From Hyphomicrobiaceae bacterium (GTDB lineage Bacteria; Pseudomonadota; Alphaproteobacteria; Rhizobiales; Hyphomicrobiaceae), in the NCBI GenBank assembly GCA_002919265.1, contig PKEY01000074.1, positions 2,943 through 66,942 on the forward strand: a stretch of DNA of 64,000 nucleotides, given 5' to 3'. Shown here piece after piece: positions 35,915 through 46,285 of this stretch. The notes under the pieces are model-generated. The model saw nothing but the letters and a program-made list of their open reading frames with translations. It searched no databases and was not told the DNA's origin. A program made the translations under genes and the position numbers. Positions within the stretch are counted from its first letter, which is position 1; every line of letters begins with the position of its first letter.

Positions 35915-37786
35915 ATGAAGCGTCCGAATAATCGCCTCGATCGGCCGGTAGATCCGAATTACGATCACGTGCTCGGCCCTCCAGACGCGCCGATTACGCT
36001 GGTCGAATACGGCAGTTACGACTGCCCTTATTGCCGCGCGGCCAACGAAAAGATCGCGCAGATCCGCGATCAATTCGGCGATCGGCTCCGTTATGTGTTC
36101 CGGCATCGGCCGATCACGGGGAGCGAGCTGGCGCGCCGGGCCGCGTATCTCGTCGAACACGCGCGGACTCCCAAGGAGTTTTGGGATGCTCATCTCAAGC
36201 TGATGAGCCGTTCCGCCTCCCTCACGGAGAATGATCTTATCGCGGTGGCGAATGATCTGGGGCTTACGGAAGAAGACCCCATAAAGGCCGAGGAGGCCAT
36301 GAAAGGGGCGATGGCGCGGGTCGAAGCCGATGAGCACAGCGCCCGCGCGAGCGGCGTGATGGTCACGCCCACCTTTTTCATCAATGGCCGCCGTTACGAT
36401 GGTCCGTGGGATGAAAGTTCTCTCACAGATGCCCTGCTGAACCGGCTGGGCCATCGCGTGCGCACGGCGGCACTCGATTTTGTGAGCTGGGGACCATCGG
36501 CTGGCGTGCTTCTTCTCTTGGCGACGATGTTGGCGATCGCGCTTACGAACTCGCCGCTGGAGCAGGTGTTCGATTGGGCATGGGATCAGAAGCTTGGGCT
36601 GGCGGTGGGCAACCTAGGCTTCCAAATGTCGCTGCGCCACTGGGTGAACGATGCCTTGCTGACGATCTTCTTTCTCGTCGTCGGCCTTGAAATCAAACGC
36701 GAGTTCACCGTCGGTCATCTCGCAGGGCCACGTTCGGCAGCGCTGCCGATTGCGGGGGCAATTGGCGGAATGATTGTTCCGGCCGGAATTTATATGACTC
36801 TTATCCCGCAAGGTGGCTGGGCGCATGGGTGGGGCGTGCCCATGGCGACGGACACGGCGTTTGCCCTCGCGCTGATCGCGATGCTGGGTTCGCGCGTGCC
36901 TGTCGAGTTGCGCATTTTTCTGACGGCGGCTGCCATCGTAGATGACATTGGCGCTATCGCTGTCGTCGCGGCTTTTTATTCAGATGACTTGCACCTGGGA
37001 TCTCTCGCTGGCGCCGCAGTAGTGGTCGCCGGCCTTGCGTTGCTCAATCGCGCCCATGTGTATCGCGTGACGCCGTATGCGCTGCTGGGCGTGGTCCTTT
37101 GGGCCTGCGTACACGCCAGCGGCCTGCACGCGACGCTCGCAGGGGTCATTCTGGCCCTATTTATCCCGACACGTCCGCCCGCGGATTTGCGGGGCCTCAT
37201 GATTCAGGCAGACACCATCATCGCGGCCGAGGCGCAGCAGGCCGGCGGCGTCCTGCGGCATGGTCCATCCACCATGGCCATGCGGACGCTCGATGACATT
37301 TTTGATCGCATTGAGTCTCCGGCAGATCGCCTGTTGCGGCACGCCGGCGCGCGATCAAGCTATGCCATTCTTCCATTATTCGCCCTTGCGAATGCGGGCG
37401 TGCCCATCTCCCATGATCTTTGGAGCAGTCACCAGCTGCTCTTTGCGGCGATCATGGCCGGGCTGATGATTGGCAAGCCGCTGGGGCTTGTTTCCGTTGC
37501 GGCACTTGCCGTTGCCTTGCGTATTGCCGTGAAGCCTAATGCCTATTCCTGGCTTCAGCTTGTGGGAGCCGGTGCGCTTGCAGGCATCGGCTTCACCATG
37601 TCCCTGTTCATTGCCGGGCAGGCATTTCCAAATCCTTCGGATTTTGGCGCGGCAAAAATCGCCGTTTTTGCGGCTTCCGCTATTTCGGCGATTGTGGGCA
37701 CAGTCATTCTATTGAGCGCGAAAAACCCGGAGGAGGACTCGGAAGGCGAGCCCAATAATGGGGTCTCTTCGCCCGACGACGAATAG
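35915..37786 (+). CDS. nhaA: Na+/H+ antiporter NhaA fused to an N-terminal DsbA/thioredoxin-like domain
   Basis: Residues 1-175: VEYGSYDCPYCRAANEKI ... TPTFFINGRRYDG, a CPYC thioredoxin fold. The rest has NhaA motifs (LRHWVNDALLTIFFLVVGLEIKRE, AIVDDIGAI). Confidence 0.85.
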   Translation: MKRPNNRLDRPVDPNYDHVLGPPDAPITLVEYGSYDCPYCRAANEKIAQIRDQFGDRLRYVFRHRPITGSELARRAAYLVEHARTPKEFWDAHLKLMSRSASLTENDLIAVANDLGLTEEDPIKAEEAMKGAMARVEADEHSARASGVMVTPTFFINGRRYDGPWDESSLTDALLNRLGHRVRTAALDFVSWGPSAGVLLLLATMLAIALTNSPLEQVFDWAWDQKLGLAVGNLGFQMSLRHWVNDALLTIFFLVVGLEIKREFTVGHLAGPRSAALPIAGAIGGMIVPAGIYMTLIPQGGWAHGWGVPMATDTAFALALIAMLGSRVPVELRIFLTAAAIVDDIGAIAVVAAFYSDDLHLGSLAGAAVVVAGLALLNRAHVYRVTPYALLGVVLWACVHASGLHATLAGVILALFIPTRPPADLRGLMIQADTIIAAEAQQAGGVLRHGPSTMAMRTLDDIFDRIESPADRLLRHAGARSSYAILPLFALANAGVPISHDLWSSHQLLFAAIMAGLMIGKPLGLVSVAALAVALRIAVKPNAYSWLQLVGAGALAGIGFTMSLFIAGQAFPNPSDFGAAKIAVFAASAISAIVGTVILLSAKNPEEDSEGEPNNGVSSPDDE

Positions 37787-37815
37787 TACGTTGGCTTTTT
37801 CTTTTTGCGGGCGGA

Positions 37816-38916
37816 TCAAATGACCCGCCCTGTTTCGTCGTCGATAAGGTGCATCTGACCGAGATTGGCCGCCAACTGCATCGGCGCATTTTCGCGCGCG
37901 CCCGCGTCCGGATTGACGCGCGCACACACCTGGGTGCCGTTGACGGAGAAATAGACCAGCGTCTCCATGCCCATCGGCTCGGTGACTTCGATATGCGCCT
38001 CGAATGGCGCAACATCGGGCCCCAGATGGGGCCGCATCTCCGTGATGTGCTCCGGCCGAAGGCCAAGTAGCAATCGGCCATTGCTCTTGAGCGACTGATA
38101 ACGCGCGCGGCGGGAGTCGGGGATGGGCAGGCTGAGCTCAGGCGTAAGGCGCACGCGAAGCTGCCCGTTTGTTTCCTCCAGCTCGCACGGAATGAAATTC
38201 ATCGCCGGTGAGCCGATGAAGCTCGCGACAAAGCGGGTTGCCGGGTTGTGATAGAGCTCCTGTGGCGTGCCAACTTGCTCGATACGCCCCTGGTTCATGA
38301 CCACAACGCGATCCGCCAGCGTCATAGCCTCGACCTGATCGTGCGTAACGTAAATGGTCGTCGTGCGGACTTTCTGGTGCACCTTCTTGATTTCGGTGCG
38401 CATTTGCACGCGCAGCTTCGCGTCGAGGTTCGACAGCGGTTCGTCGAACAAAAACACCTTCGGATGCCGGACGATGGCACGCCCCATGGCAACGCGCTGG
38501 CGCTGACCGCCCGAAAGCTGCTTGGGTTTGCGGTCTAGCAGATCCGCAATATCGAGAATCCGCGCAGCTTCCTCGACCCGAGCCTTGATTTCCGCTTTCG
38601 GATAGCGCTTCAGCCGCAATCCGAACGACATGTTTTCGGCGACAGTCATATGCGGATAAAGCGCATAATTCTGGAACACCATCGCAATGTCCCGGTCCTT
38701 CGGCGGCACGTCGTTCACCACATCGCCGCCGATGCGGATTTCCCCGTCCGTAATGTCCTCAAGCCCTGCGATCATGCGTAGGGTAGTAGACTTTCCGCAG
38801 CCAGACGGTCCAACGAGCACCACGAATTCCTGGTCGGCGATGTCGAGGTTGATCCCGCGCACAGCCTCGACGTCGTCGTAGCGTTTGACCACGTTGATCA
38901 GGTTCACTTCGGCCAT
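37816..38916 (-). CDS. Sugar ABC transporter ATP-binding protein (MalK/UgpC-like)
   Basis: [13 protein letters not shown]... Walker [10 protein letters not shown], signature [10 protein letters not shown], Walker [13 protein letters not shown]-terminal TOBE-like domain. ATG at 38916. Confidence 0.9.
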   Translation of the reverse strand: MAEVNLINVVKRYDDVEAVRGINLDIADQEFVVLVGPSGCGKSTTLRMIAGLEDITDGEIRIGGDVVNDVPPKDRDIAMVFQNYALYPHMTVAENMSFGLRLKRYPKAEIKARVEEAARILDIADLLDRKPKQLSGGQRQRVAMGRAIVRHPKVFLFDEPLSNLDAKLRVQMRTEIKKVHQKVRTTTIYVTHDQVEAMTLADRVVVMNQGRIEQVGTPQELYHNPATRFVASFIGSPAMNFIPCELEETNGQLRVRLTPELSLPIPDSRRARYQSLKSNGRLLLGLRPEHITEMRPHLGPDVAPFEAHIEVTEPMGMETLVYFSVNGTQVCARVNPDAGARENAPMQLAANLGQMHLIDDETGRVI

Positions 38917-38923
38917 ATTCGCA

Positions 38924-39841
38924 TTACCCTTTCGTGGCGCCGGCAGTGAGCCCGGCGATGTAGTAGTCCATGAGGAAGGCATAGATGATGAGCGGCGGCG
39001 CGGCCCCAAGCAGCGCGCCCGTCATGATCTGCCCCCAATTGAAAACGTCGCCCTTGATGAGCGTCGTGATGATGCCTGCCGGCAGCACGAGCTGGTCGAC
39101 CGACGTGGTGAAGGCGAGGGGATAAAGGAACTGCGCCCACGAAACCGTGAAGGCGAAGATCGTCGCCGCGATGAGCCCTGGCAGGGCCACGGGAACAAAC
39201 ACCAACAGCAGTGTCTGTAGCCAGCTTGCCCCATCGATGATCGCCGCCTCATCCAATTCCTTCGGAATGGAGGCGAAATAGCCAATCATGATCCAGGTGC
39301 AGAACGGTACTGTCAGCGTTGGATAAATGATCAGCAGCACCCACCAGTTATTGATGAGCTCAATGCCTGTCCAATCCCGGAATGTTGCGAACATCTTGAA
39401 GAGTGGGATGAACAGCAACGTTTCCGGGATCAGGTAGGTCAGAAACACGCCCGTTGCGAGCGTCGTTGATCCCCAGAAACGCATCCGCGACAGGGCAAAG
39501 GCTGCCGGCACGCTGATCAGCATCGTGATGATGACCACGATCACAGAAACCAGCGCAGAATTGCGGAAAAACCGGAGATAAATGTCCTGGGTCAGCAGCT
39601 CCTTGTAGTTATCGAGGGTCGGTTCATAGACCCACCAGGGATTTATCGCCGCCGAAATCTCCGCGCTCGTCTTGAGCGAGGTGATCAACATGTAAATGGG
39701 CGGCAGCAGGAAAAAGATCGCAAATAGGATCAGGAAGAAATAGGACCAGCGCAAAGCCCATGCGCGGTCCCGTTTGATGCTGCCGTACTTCGGCCGGGCA
39801 CGAGCCGGCAGCGTTGCTGTATCGACCGTGCTCGCCATCAC
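38924..39841 (-). CDS. Carbohydrate ABC transporter permease
   Basis: Six TM segments. EAA-loop-like [14 protein letters not shown]. Confidence 0.85.
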   Translation of the reverse strand: MMASTVDTATLPARARPKYGSIKRDRAWALRWSYFFLILFAIFFLLPPIYMLITSLKTSAEISAAINPWWVYEPTLDNYKELLTQDIYLRFFRNSALVSVIVVIITMLISVPAAFALSRMRFWGSTTLATGVFLTYLIPETLLFIPLFKMFATFRDWTGIELINNWWVLLIIYPTLTVPFCTWIMIGYFASIPKELDEAAIIDGASWLQTLLLVFVPVALPGLIAATIFAFTVSWAQFLYPLAFTTSVDQLVLPAGIITTLIKGDVFNWGQIMTGALLGAAPPLIIYAFLMDYYIAGLTAGATKG

Positions 39842-40767
39842 ACTTCACTCCCCCGGCGGGTAATATCCCGCAGGATGAAAATTGCCGCGATTGTCAGGAT
39901 CGGCACCATGAAGAGCGACACGGCTGCTCCGAGCGGAAGGTCGCCGCCGACGATGCCGAGTTGGAACGCCCATGTTGCGAACACGTGCGTCTGATCGACG
40001 GGCCCGCCGGCTGTCAGAATGCGCACGATGTCGAAGTTCGCGAACGTGACAATGAGCGAGAACAGCGTCGTGATGGCGATGATGTTTCGCATCATCGGCA
40101 ATGTGATGTACCAGATCTTTTGCCACCAGTTGGCGCCATCAATTTCTGCCGCTTCGTAAAGCTGTTCCGGCACGGATTTCAGCGCGGCGAGATACATGAT
40201 CATGAAGAACGGCGCGCCGATCCAGACATTCACAAGAATGACCGACAAACGCGCCCAGAACGGATCGCCTGTCCATGGAATGGGATCAATGCCGAATTTC
40301 GCGAGCACCCAATTGAAAGCGCTATAGGACGGATCGAAAAGCCAAAGCCAGCCAAGGCAACTCATTGCCGGCGGAATGACCCACGGCACCAGTAAAACGC
40401 CGCGCCAGAGCCGTTGCCCTTTCGCTGGAATGTTGTGCACGAAATGGGCGACAACGAAGCCGATGAGGGCCTTCAGGATGACGGCGGTGATGGCGAAAAT
40501 GCAGGACTGCTTCACCACCATCCAGAACGTTTCGCGCTTGAACAGGAAAAAGAAATTCCCGAGGCCAACGAAACGCTGCATCGACTTGTTGAGTGTCGCG
40601 AGGTGCAGCGAATAGAACGCAGGATAAAGCACAAGCACTGCGATCAGCAGGATCAGCGGCAGCGTCATGAAGAACGCGATAGTCGATTTGCGCTGCATGA
40701 CCCTGCGGAGGGAAGTCCGTCGCACGCTGGCTGATGATCGTGTGGTGCTCAATGCGGCTTCCGCCAT
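39838..40767 (-). CDS. Carbohydrate ABC transporter permease
   Basis: Six TM segments. EAA loop PEQLYEAAEIDGAN. 4-nt overlap with the next permease gene. Confidence 0.85.
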   Translation of the reverse strand: MAEAALSTTRSSASVRRTSLRRVMQRKSTIAFFMTLPLILLIAVLVLYPAFYSLHLATLNKSMQRFVGLGNFFFLFKRETFWMVVKQSCIFAITAVILKALIGFVVAHFVHNIPAKGQRLWRGVLLVPWVIPPAMSCLGWLWLFDPSYSAFNWVLAKFGIDPIPWTGDPFWARLSVILVNVWIGAPFFMIMYLAALKSVPEQLYEAAEIDGANWWQKIWYITLPMMRNIIAITTLFSLIVTFANFDIVRILTAGGPVDQTHVFATWAFQLGIVGGDLPLGAAVSLFMVPILTIAAIFILRDITRRGSEV

Positions 40768-40891
40768 GAAGGGAATCCTCCATCCAGAGGGGAACGGCTA
40801 ATGCGCGCACCGCGGTGGTATGCGCGCGATGCGCCAATCCACTGGGGATTTTGGGAGCCGGCCCTTTGGCCGGACCGACTCCCGGCCTTCA

Positions 40892-42232
40892 TCAGGTGCG
40901 CATGAAGCCTTCGAGCTCGCTCTCGGCCCAGGACAGGACGTCCTCCATCTTCTCGCCGCGGGCGTAGCGCACGACCATCTTCGTCATCAGACCCTGGCTG
41001 TAGATCTGGACGGCGATCTTGTGCGGCGTCGGCGCCGCCGCGATGGACAACGTCTGGTGCCGATGCGGATCGGGGTAGTGATAGAGCGTTCCCTTCGGCG
41101 GGCCTTCCTCGGCCCAAATCTTGAACGATGTCAGCTTCGCGTAGGCCGGGAGGTCGTAGCCGGCGCTGGCAACCACGGCGCGTTCGACGGCCTCAGGCTG
41201 CGACAGGTGCACCAACAGACTCTTCGCCGCCGACTTGTTCTGCGAGAAGCTCCAGATGCCCCAGAAGTAGGGCAGGAACGGCGCGTAACGACCCTTCGGC
41301 CCGGCGGGCATGCCGTGCGTCCAGCACTTCTCCGCGATTTGCGGGGCATCGCGCTTGGCCACGGCCCAGGCGCTCGGCGGGTTCATGACGAGCGCGCCAC
41401 GGCCCGAAACCAGCCATTTGTTGTTCGACGAGTCGTCCCACGCAGGCACATCGGGTGGCAGGAACTCCATGAGCTTCTTGTAGAAGTCGAGTGTCTGCCG
41501 GACCTCATCGCTCTTGACGGTGATGTTTTCATTCTGGTCGACCAGCACAGCCCCGAAGGAAGAGAAGATGGCGCCGGCGGTGTCCACCGAGTCCGTCGTG
41601 GTGCCGAGGCCAATGCCGAACGGGTAGCCGGCCTTGTGACAGGCCTCCGCGGCCTTCAGGAAGGTATCCATGGTCCAGTCATCGGCCTTCGGTGCCTCAC
41701 CTGCCGGATACATGGCCTGTACGTCGATACCGGCATGCTCTTTCATCAGGTCGATGCGGGAGCAGGGGCCCTTGATCTGGCTGCCCTGCGCGGAGGGCAC
41801 TGCGACCCATCTGCCGTCGATGTGGCCCAGGTATGTGACGGTATCGTTGACCTCGCCGTTCTGCTTGATGAGCTCGGTCATAATGTCATCGACCGGCTCC
41901 AGAAATTCGGCGTTGTTCGCTGGCTCCCAGGTGGGGAAGGCGAGGATGTCGTGGCCTGATCTTGCTTGGCGCTCAGCAGCGATGGTGAGCAGGTTCTTGT
42001 TGCCCTGGGACGGGATGAAGTCCATCTGGACTTCAACTTTTTCCTTTTCGGCCCACTCGAGAACGATTTTCTTAGTTTCTTCGTTAGCACCCGGGACCCA
42101 GTGATCCCAGAAACCGATGGACAGTTTTCCGGCCGCATGGGCGGTGCGGATGTAGGGGGCGGCGAGGACTGTCGCTGATGCAGCCGCAGTCGCGGTTAAG
42201 AAGCGGCGGCGCGTAAGCCGGGACTTGCGCAT
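40892..42232 (-). CDS. ABC transporter extracellular solute-binding protein (family 1) with a Tat-type signal
   Basis: Signal MRKSRLTRRRFLTATAAASATVLAAPYIRTAHA. 446 aa. First gene of the ABC operon. Confidence 0.85.
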   Translation of the reverse strand: MRKSRLTRRRFLTATAAASATVLAAPYIRTAHAAGKLSIGFWDHWVPGANEETKKIVLEWAEKEKVEVQMDFIPSQGNKNLLTIAAERQARSGHDILAFPTWEPANNAEFLEPVDDIMTELIKQNGEVNDTVTYLGHIDGRWVAVPSAQGSQIKGPCSRIDLMKEHAGIDVQAMYPAGEAPKADDWTMDTFLKAAEACHKAGYPFGIGLGTTTDSVDTAGAIFSSFGAVLVDQNENITVKSDEVRQTLDFYKKLMEFLPPDVPAWDDSSNNKWLVSGRGALVMNPPSAWAVAKRDAPQIAEKCWTHGMPAGPKGRYAPFLPYFWGIWSFSQNKSAAKSLLVHLSQPEAVERAVVASAGYDLPAYAKLTSFKIWAEEGPPKGTLYHYPDPHRHQTLSIAAAPTPHKIAVQIYSQGLMTKMVVRYARGEKMEDVLSWAESELEGFMRT

Positions 42233-42607
42233 GGGGTTTCCTCCAAATCATTGCCAACACCGTGTCTCGACGTGGCGACGCTGTTGAGCCCGACCTAAGG
42301 CCATGCTCTCGCGTCATTCTTGTTTGAGGTGGCTACAACCACCGGATGCTGCTTTATGCAGGCGCGACAAAGGTAGCTGACGGATGCTCCGCAAGGCAAC
42401 AATTGGTTTGCGTCGTCAGCTTGAAAACGGCGTAACTGTGGACACGGTGTTGGCTCACCCTAGCCGCTCAGGCCGGCGGGGCAGTTTCCTTATTCTTTCC
42501 GCCACTTGGATTCCTTCTCGGTTCCGTCTATCACGCCCGCGACGGGTGCCTGGCTCCGCCCGGCGCCGCCAAGTTTGTTGAAGCCCGCGCGATCTGGTGA
42601 GAGCGAT

Positions 42608-43822
42608 ATGAAGAAAATCAAGGTGACTGGAACCGTCGTCGAGCTCGACGGCGACGAGATGACCCGCATCATCTGGAAGCTCATCAAGGAGAAGCTGATC
42701 TACCCCTACCTTGATATCAACCTCGAGTATTACGACCTTGGCATCGAGAACCGCGACCGCACCAACGACCAGGTCACGATCGACGCAGCCTATGCCATCA
42801 AGAAGCACGGCGTCGGTGTGAAGTGCGCCACCATCACGCCCGACGAGGCGCGGGTGAAGGAGTTTGGCCTCAAGGAGATGTGGAAGTCGCCGAACGGCAC
42901 CATCCGCAACATCCTCGGCGGCGTCATCTTCCGCGAGCCCATCATCTGCAAGAACGTGCCGCGGCTGGTACCGGGCTGGACGAAGCCCATCATCATCGGC
43001 CGTCATGCTTTCGGAGATCAGTACCGGGCCACGGACTTCAAATTCCCTGGCAAGGGCAAGCTGACCATCAAGTTCGTCGGTGAGGACGGCACCGTCATCG
43101 AGAAGGAAGTGTTCGACGCGCCGGGGGCAGGTGTCGCGCTGGCGATGTATAACCTGGACGAATCGATCCGGGACTTTGCGCGTGCCTCGTTCAACTACGG
43201 CCTGGCGCGGAACTACCCGGTCTACCTGTCGACCAAGAACACGATCCTCAAGCAGTACGACGGCCGCTTCAAGGACATCTTCCAGGAAATCTACGACAAC
43301 GAGTTCAGGGCGGAGTTCGAGAAGCGCGGCCTCTTCTACGAGCACCGTCTCATCGACGACATGGTGGCCTCGGCGCTGAAGTGGTCGGGCGGCTACGTCT
43401 GGGCCTGCAAAAACTATGACGGTGACGTGCAGTCCGACACGGTCGCCCAGGGCTTCGGCTCGCTTGGCCTCATGACCAGCGTGCTGATGACGCCCGATGG
43501 CAAGACGGTCGAGGCCGAGGCGGCCCACGGTACCGTGACCCGTCACTATCGCGAGCATCAGAAGGGCAAGGAGACCTCGACCAACTCCATCGCCTCGATC
43601 TTCGCCTGGACCCGCGGCCTCGCGCACCGCGCCAAGCTCGACGACAACCCCGAGCTGGCGAACTTCGCGCAGACGCTGGAGCGGGTCTGCATCGAAACCG
43701 TCGAGTCCGGCTACATGACGAAGGACTTGGCACTCCTCGTCGGCGCCGACCAGAAGTGGCTCTCCACCACCGGCTTCCTCGACAAGGTGGACGAGAACCT
43801 GCGCAAGGCGATGGGCGTCTGA
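42608..43822 (+). CDS. icd: NADP-dependent isocitrate dehydrogenase (homodimeric, eukaryote-like type)
   Basis: [23 protein letters not shown] ... [11 protein letters not shown] ... [15 protein letters not shown] at 42608; the track start at 42506 is upstream of any RBS logic. Confidence 0.95.
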   Translation: MKKIKVTGTVVELDGDEMTRIIWKLIKEKLIYPYLDINLEYYDLGIENRDRTNDQVTIDAAYAIKKHGVGVKCATITPDEARVKEFGLKEMWKSPNGTIRNILGGVIFREPIICKNVPRLVPGWTKPIIIGRHAFGDQYRATDFKFPGKGKLTIKFVGEDGTVIEKEVFDAPGAGVALAMYNLDESIRDFARASFNYGLARNYPVYLSTKNTILKQYDGRFKDIFQEIYDNEFRAEFEKRGLFYEHRLIDDMVASALKWSGGYVWACKNYDGDVQSDTVAQGFGSLGLMTSVLMTPDGKTVEAEAAHGTVTRHYREHQKGKETSTNSIASIFAWTRGLAHRAKLDDNPELANFAQTLERVCIETVESGYMTKDLALLVGADQKWLSTTGFLDKVDENLRKAMGV

Positions 43823-43845
43823 TTAACGCAATCAACCCTAGAAGA

Positions 43846-43876
43846 GGGGAGTAGGGCACGAATTCGCCCTACTCCC
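43846..43876 (+). terminator. Stem-loop 24 nt after the icd stop (no U-tract)
   Basis: GGGAGTAGGGC / GCCCTACTCCC form 11 bp with an 8-nt loop. Confidence 0.4.
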
Positions 43877-43927
43877 TACCTCCATAATTCACTGGACCGC
43901 CTGGTTTCGTTGGCACGCCCTGCCTTC

Positions 43928-44516
43928 TCAGTTGGCTCGCGCTGAAGTCTTGGTCGGCTCTTCGAGTTCTAGGGCCGAGAGGTTAGCAGGCGCGAACCTC
44001 CCTACAGAAGCAGTTTCTAGGGAGACCTCCTGCATCTGAACTAGGAGGCCTGCCAAGCGCCATTCTCCATTGAAGGTTTCAAAGAGCATGTCGAAATTGA
44101 TTTGCTCAGGGCGCGTTTCGATGAAGCCGGTTAAGCGGAGCCGACCCGGCTCATCGATAGTGGGCTGATTAGTCAAGTTCGGACTGAAAAACAGAATAGG
44201 CGAAAAATCGTATTTCTTGTGTCGAAGGTCCGCGAACGACTCAGCAAGGTCCGAGGCAGAAACACTCGCCTGAAAAGTCGGACCACCTAGACCGCGCAAA
44301 ACAGTATAATTACCTCTCAAATTTCGCTTGGGAGAGTGCGATCAGCGTCGTCCTGATCAGCATGTCTGCTTTGTAATTGTCTCGAATGAAGCTCTGCTGG
44401 CGGAAAGGTTGCGTTGTCGGCCTTAGCTCGTTTTGGGCTAGGCCTTTCCTGGTTGGAGCGCTAATCACAAGAACAATAGCTAAAAATGCTAATAATGGCA
44501 TTCTAAATAAGTTCAT
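43928..44516 (-). pseudogene. Secreted hypothetical protein gene split by a frameshift (ORFs 44310..44516 and 43928..44320)
   Basis: The upstream ORF encodes a signal peptide (MNLFRMPLLAFLAIVLVISAPTRKGLAQ) and ends ...LSQAKFER*. The downstream ORF continues RGNYTVLRGLGGPTFQ... in another frame. Removing one A from the AAA run restores ...LSQANLRGNYTVLRGLGG... Confidence 0.5.
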
Positions 44517-44820
44517 CAATTTTCAAAAACAATCCTGGATCAAGCGTCTTGTTGAATACCTTTCCAAAACACTGATTATGTCAATATAAGAGCTGTGGTT
44601 ATCCGGAGAATGTAAACTCCGCCGGAATTATATCCAGCGGAGCAAGTGCAGACCATATACACGCTAGCGTTCAACCTGTGGGGCGGAGTGAACCTAAACT
44701 GAGGCGAATTTGGGATATCGGTTCTGATGAGCTAGTTCCACATCGGCTCACCACTTCCGATTCTCGCCGAGGTGGCCCTCCTCAGTAAACTGGCGACGGC
44801 CGGCGGGGCTTACAGACTAA

Positions 44821-45993
44821 TCAGCCGTTGGACTGGCGGCGCCTCTCGACAGGCACGGCGATAACTTCGCCCTTGGAGACCGTAAGCGCCACTTCTCCGC
44901 GCTTCAGCTTCAGCGCGTCCTCGCCGAAAAGTTCACGGCGCCAGCCGCGCAGGGCCGGCACATCCGGCTCGTCCTCAACCGCGATACGTTCGAGGTCGCT
45001 CGTATCGGCGATGAGCTTGGGAGCAACCCGGTTGCGGGCGGCGGCTGCCTTCAGCAGCACCCGGAGAAGCTCGACGAGAGCCGTGGCCTCGGCCGGAAGC
45101 ACCTGGGCTGCGGGCATCGGCGGCAGCGTTCGAGGGTCGCGTTCGAGGCCGCGCTTCACTGCTTCGATGATTTCCTTGGCGCGGGCCGAGCGGGAGAAGC
45201 CCTCGCTCAAGGTCCTGAGCTCGGCGAGCTGGGCGGTGTCGGTCGGGGCCTGATTGGCAATATCGTAGAGCGCCTCGTCCCGCAGGATGCGCGAGCGTGG
45301 CACGTCCTGGGCCTGCGCCGCCTGTTCCCGCCACGCCGCCAGCTCAATAAGCACAGCGAGCGACCGGCGGTTCTTCGCCCGCATCTTGAGTCGCTGCCAG
45401 GCATTCTCCGGCTTCGAATCGTACGTGGCCGGGTCGGTGAGGGCGGCCATCTCTTCATCGAGCCAGTGGACCCGCCCCGTGCTTTCGATTTCGGTTTTCA
45501 GCTGCCGATACACGTCACGAAGATGGGTCACATCGGCCAGCGCATAAGCGAGCTGCTTCTGGGTGAGGGGGCGACGGCTCCAGTCCGTGAACCGTGACGT
45601 CTTGTCGACGTCCTTGTTCGTCAGCTTCTTGACGAGGTTGCCGTAGCTTACCGACTCGCCGAAGCCGCAGACCATGGCGGCGATCTGCGTGTCGAATGTG
45701 GGGTGCGGGATGAGCTTCGCCTTGGCGTAGATGATCTCGATGTCCTGCCGGGCCGCGTGGAACACCTTGACCACGCTTTCGTTCGCCATCAGATCGTAGA
45801 AGGGGCGCAGGTCGATGCCCGGGGCGAGGGGATCGACGATGAACTCATCTTCCGGTCCGGCCAGCTGGATGAGGCACAGGACCGGCCAGAACGTCTGCTC
45901 GCGAAGAAACTCGGTATCGACGGCAACGAATGGATGCCGGGCCAACCGGGCGCAAGCTTCAGCAAGGTCTTGGGTTGAAGTGATGACGCGCAT
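44821..45993 (-). CDS. rnd: Ribonuclease D
   Basis: MRVITSTQDLAEAC ... VAVDTEFLREQTFWPVLCLIQL (DEDD exonuclease) plus an HRDC-like region. ATG at 45993. Confidence 0.9.
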   Translation of the reverse strand: MRVITSTQDLAEACARLARHPFVAVDTEFLREQTFWPVLCLIQLAGPEDEFIVDPLAPGIDLRPFYDLMANESVVKVFHAARQDIEIIYAKAKLIPHPTFDTQIAAMVCGFGESVSYGNLVKKLTNKDVDKTSRFTDWSRRPLTQKQLAYALADVTHLRDVYRQLKTEIESTGRVHWLDEEMAALTDPATYDSKPENAWQRLKMRAKNRRSLAVLIELAAWREQAAQAQDVPRSRILRDEALYDIANQAPTDTAQLAELRTLSEGFSRSARAKEIIEAVKRGLERDPRTLPPMPAAQVLPAEATALVELLRVLLKAAAARNRVAPKLIADTSDLERIAVEDEPDVPALRGWRRELFGEDALKLKRGEVALTVSKGEVIAVPVERRRQSNG

Positions 45994-46285
45994 TGATCGG
46001 GCCCTATAACCCAGCAAGGGCCAATTGTCGCCTCCCTTGTGTGCCGCATCCCATGCCGATAAACCGTAGCCGGCACTGAACGGTCGGATCGAAGTTGGAC
46101 GTAACGAGGCGTGTCATCTGGGGTCAGGCGCTCCGCCATGGCCCGAGCTTGACAAGCCTGGGGCCACGTGCGCTTTTCCGGCACTCCTGAAATTTCGTGA
46201 GCGCGGGCAAGACGGTCAAATGGCTGAAGACAAGGTGAGCAGCACTTCGGGCGGAGTCGCTGGCGGAGCTGCCGGTGAGCCCCCG

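Noticed and set aside
40820-41959. 379-aa plus-strand ORF
   Set aside because: It is antisense to the solute-binding protein gene, which has a clear Tat signal and operon context.
42455-43627. 390-aa minus-strand ORF
   Set aside because: It is antisense to icd, whose translation is unmistakable.
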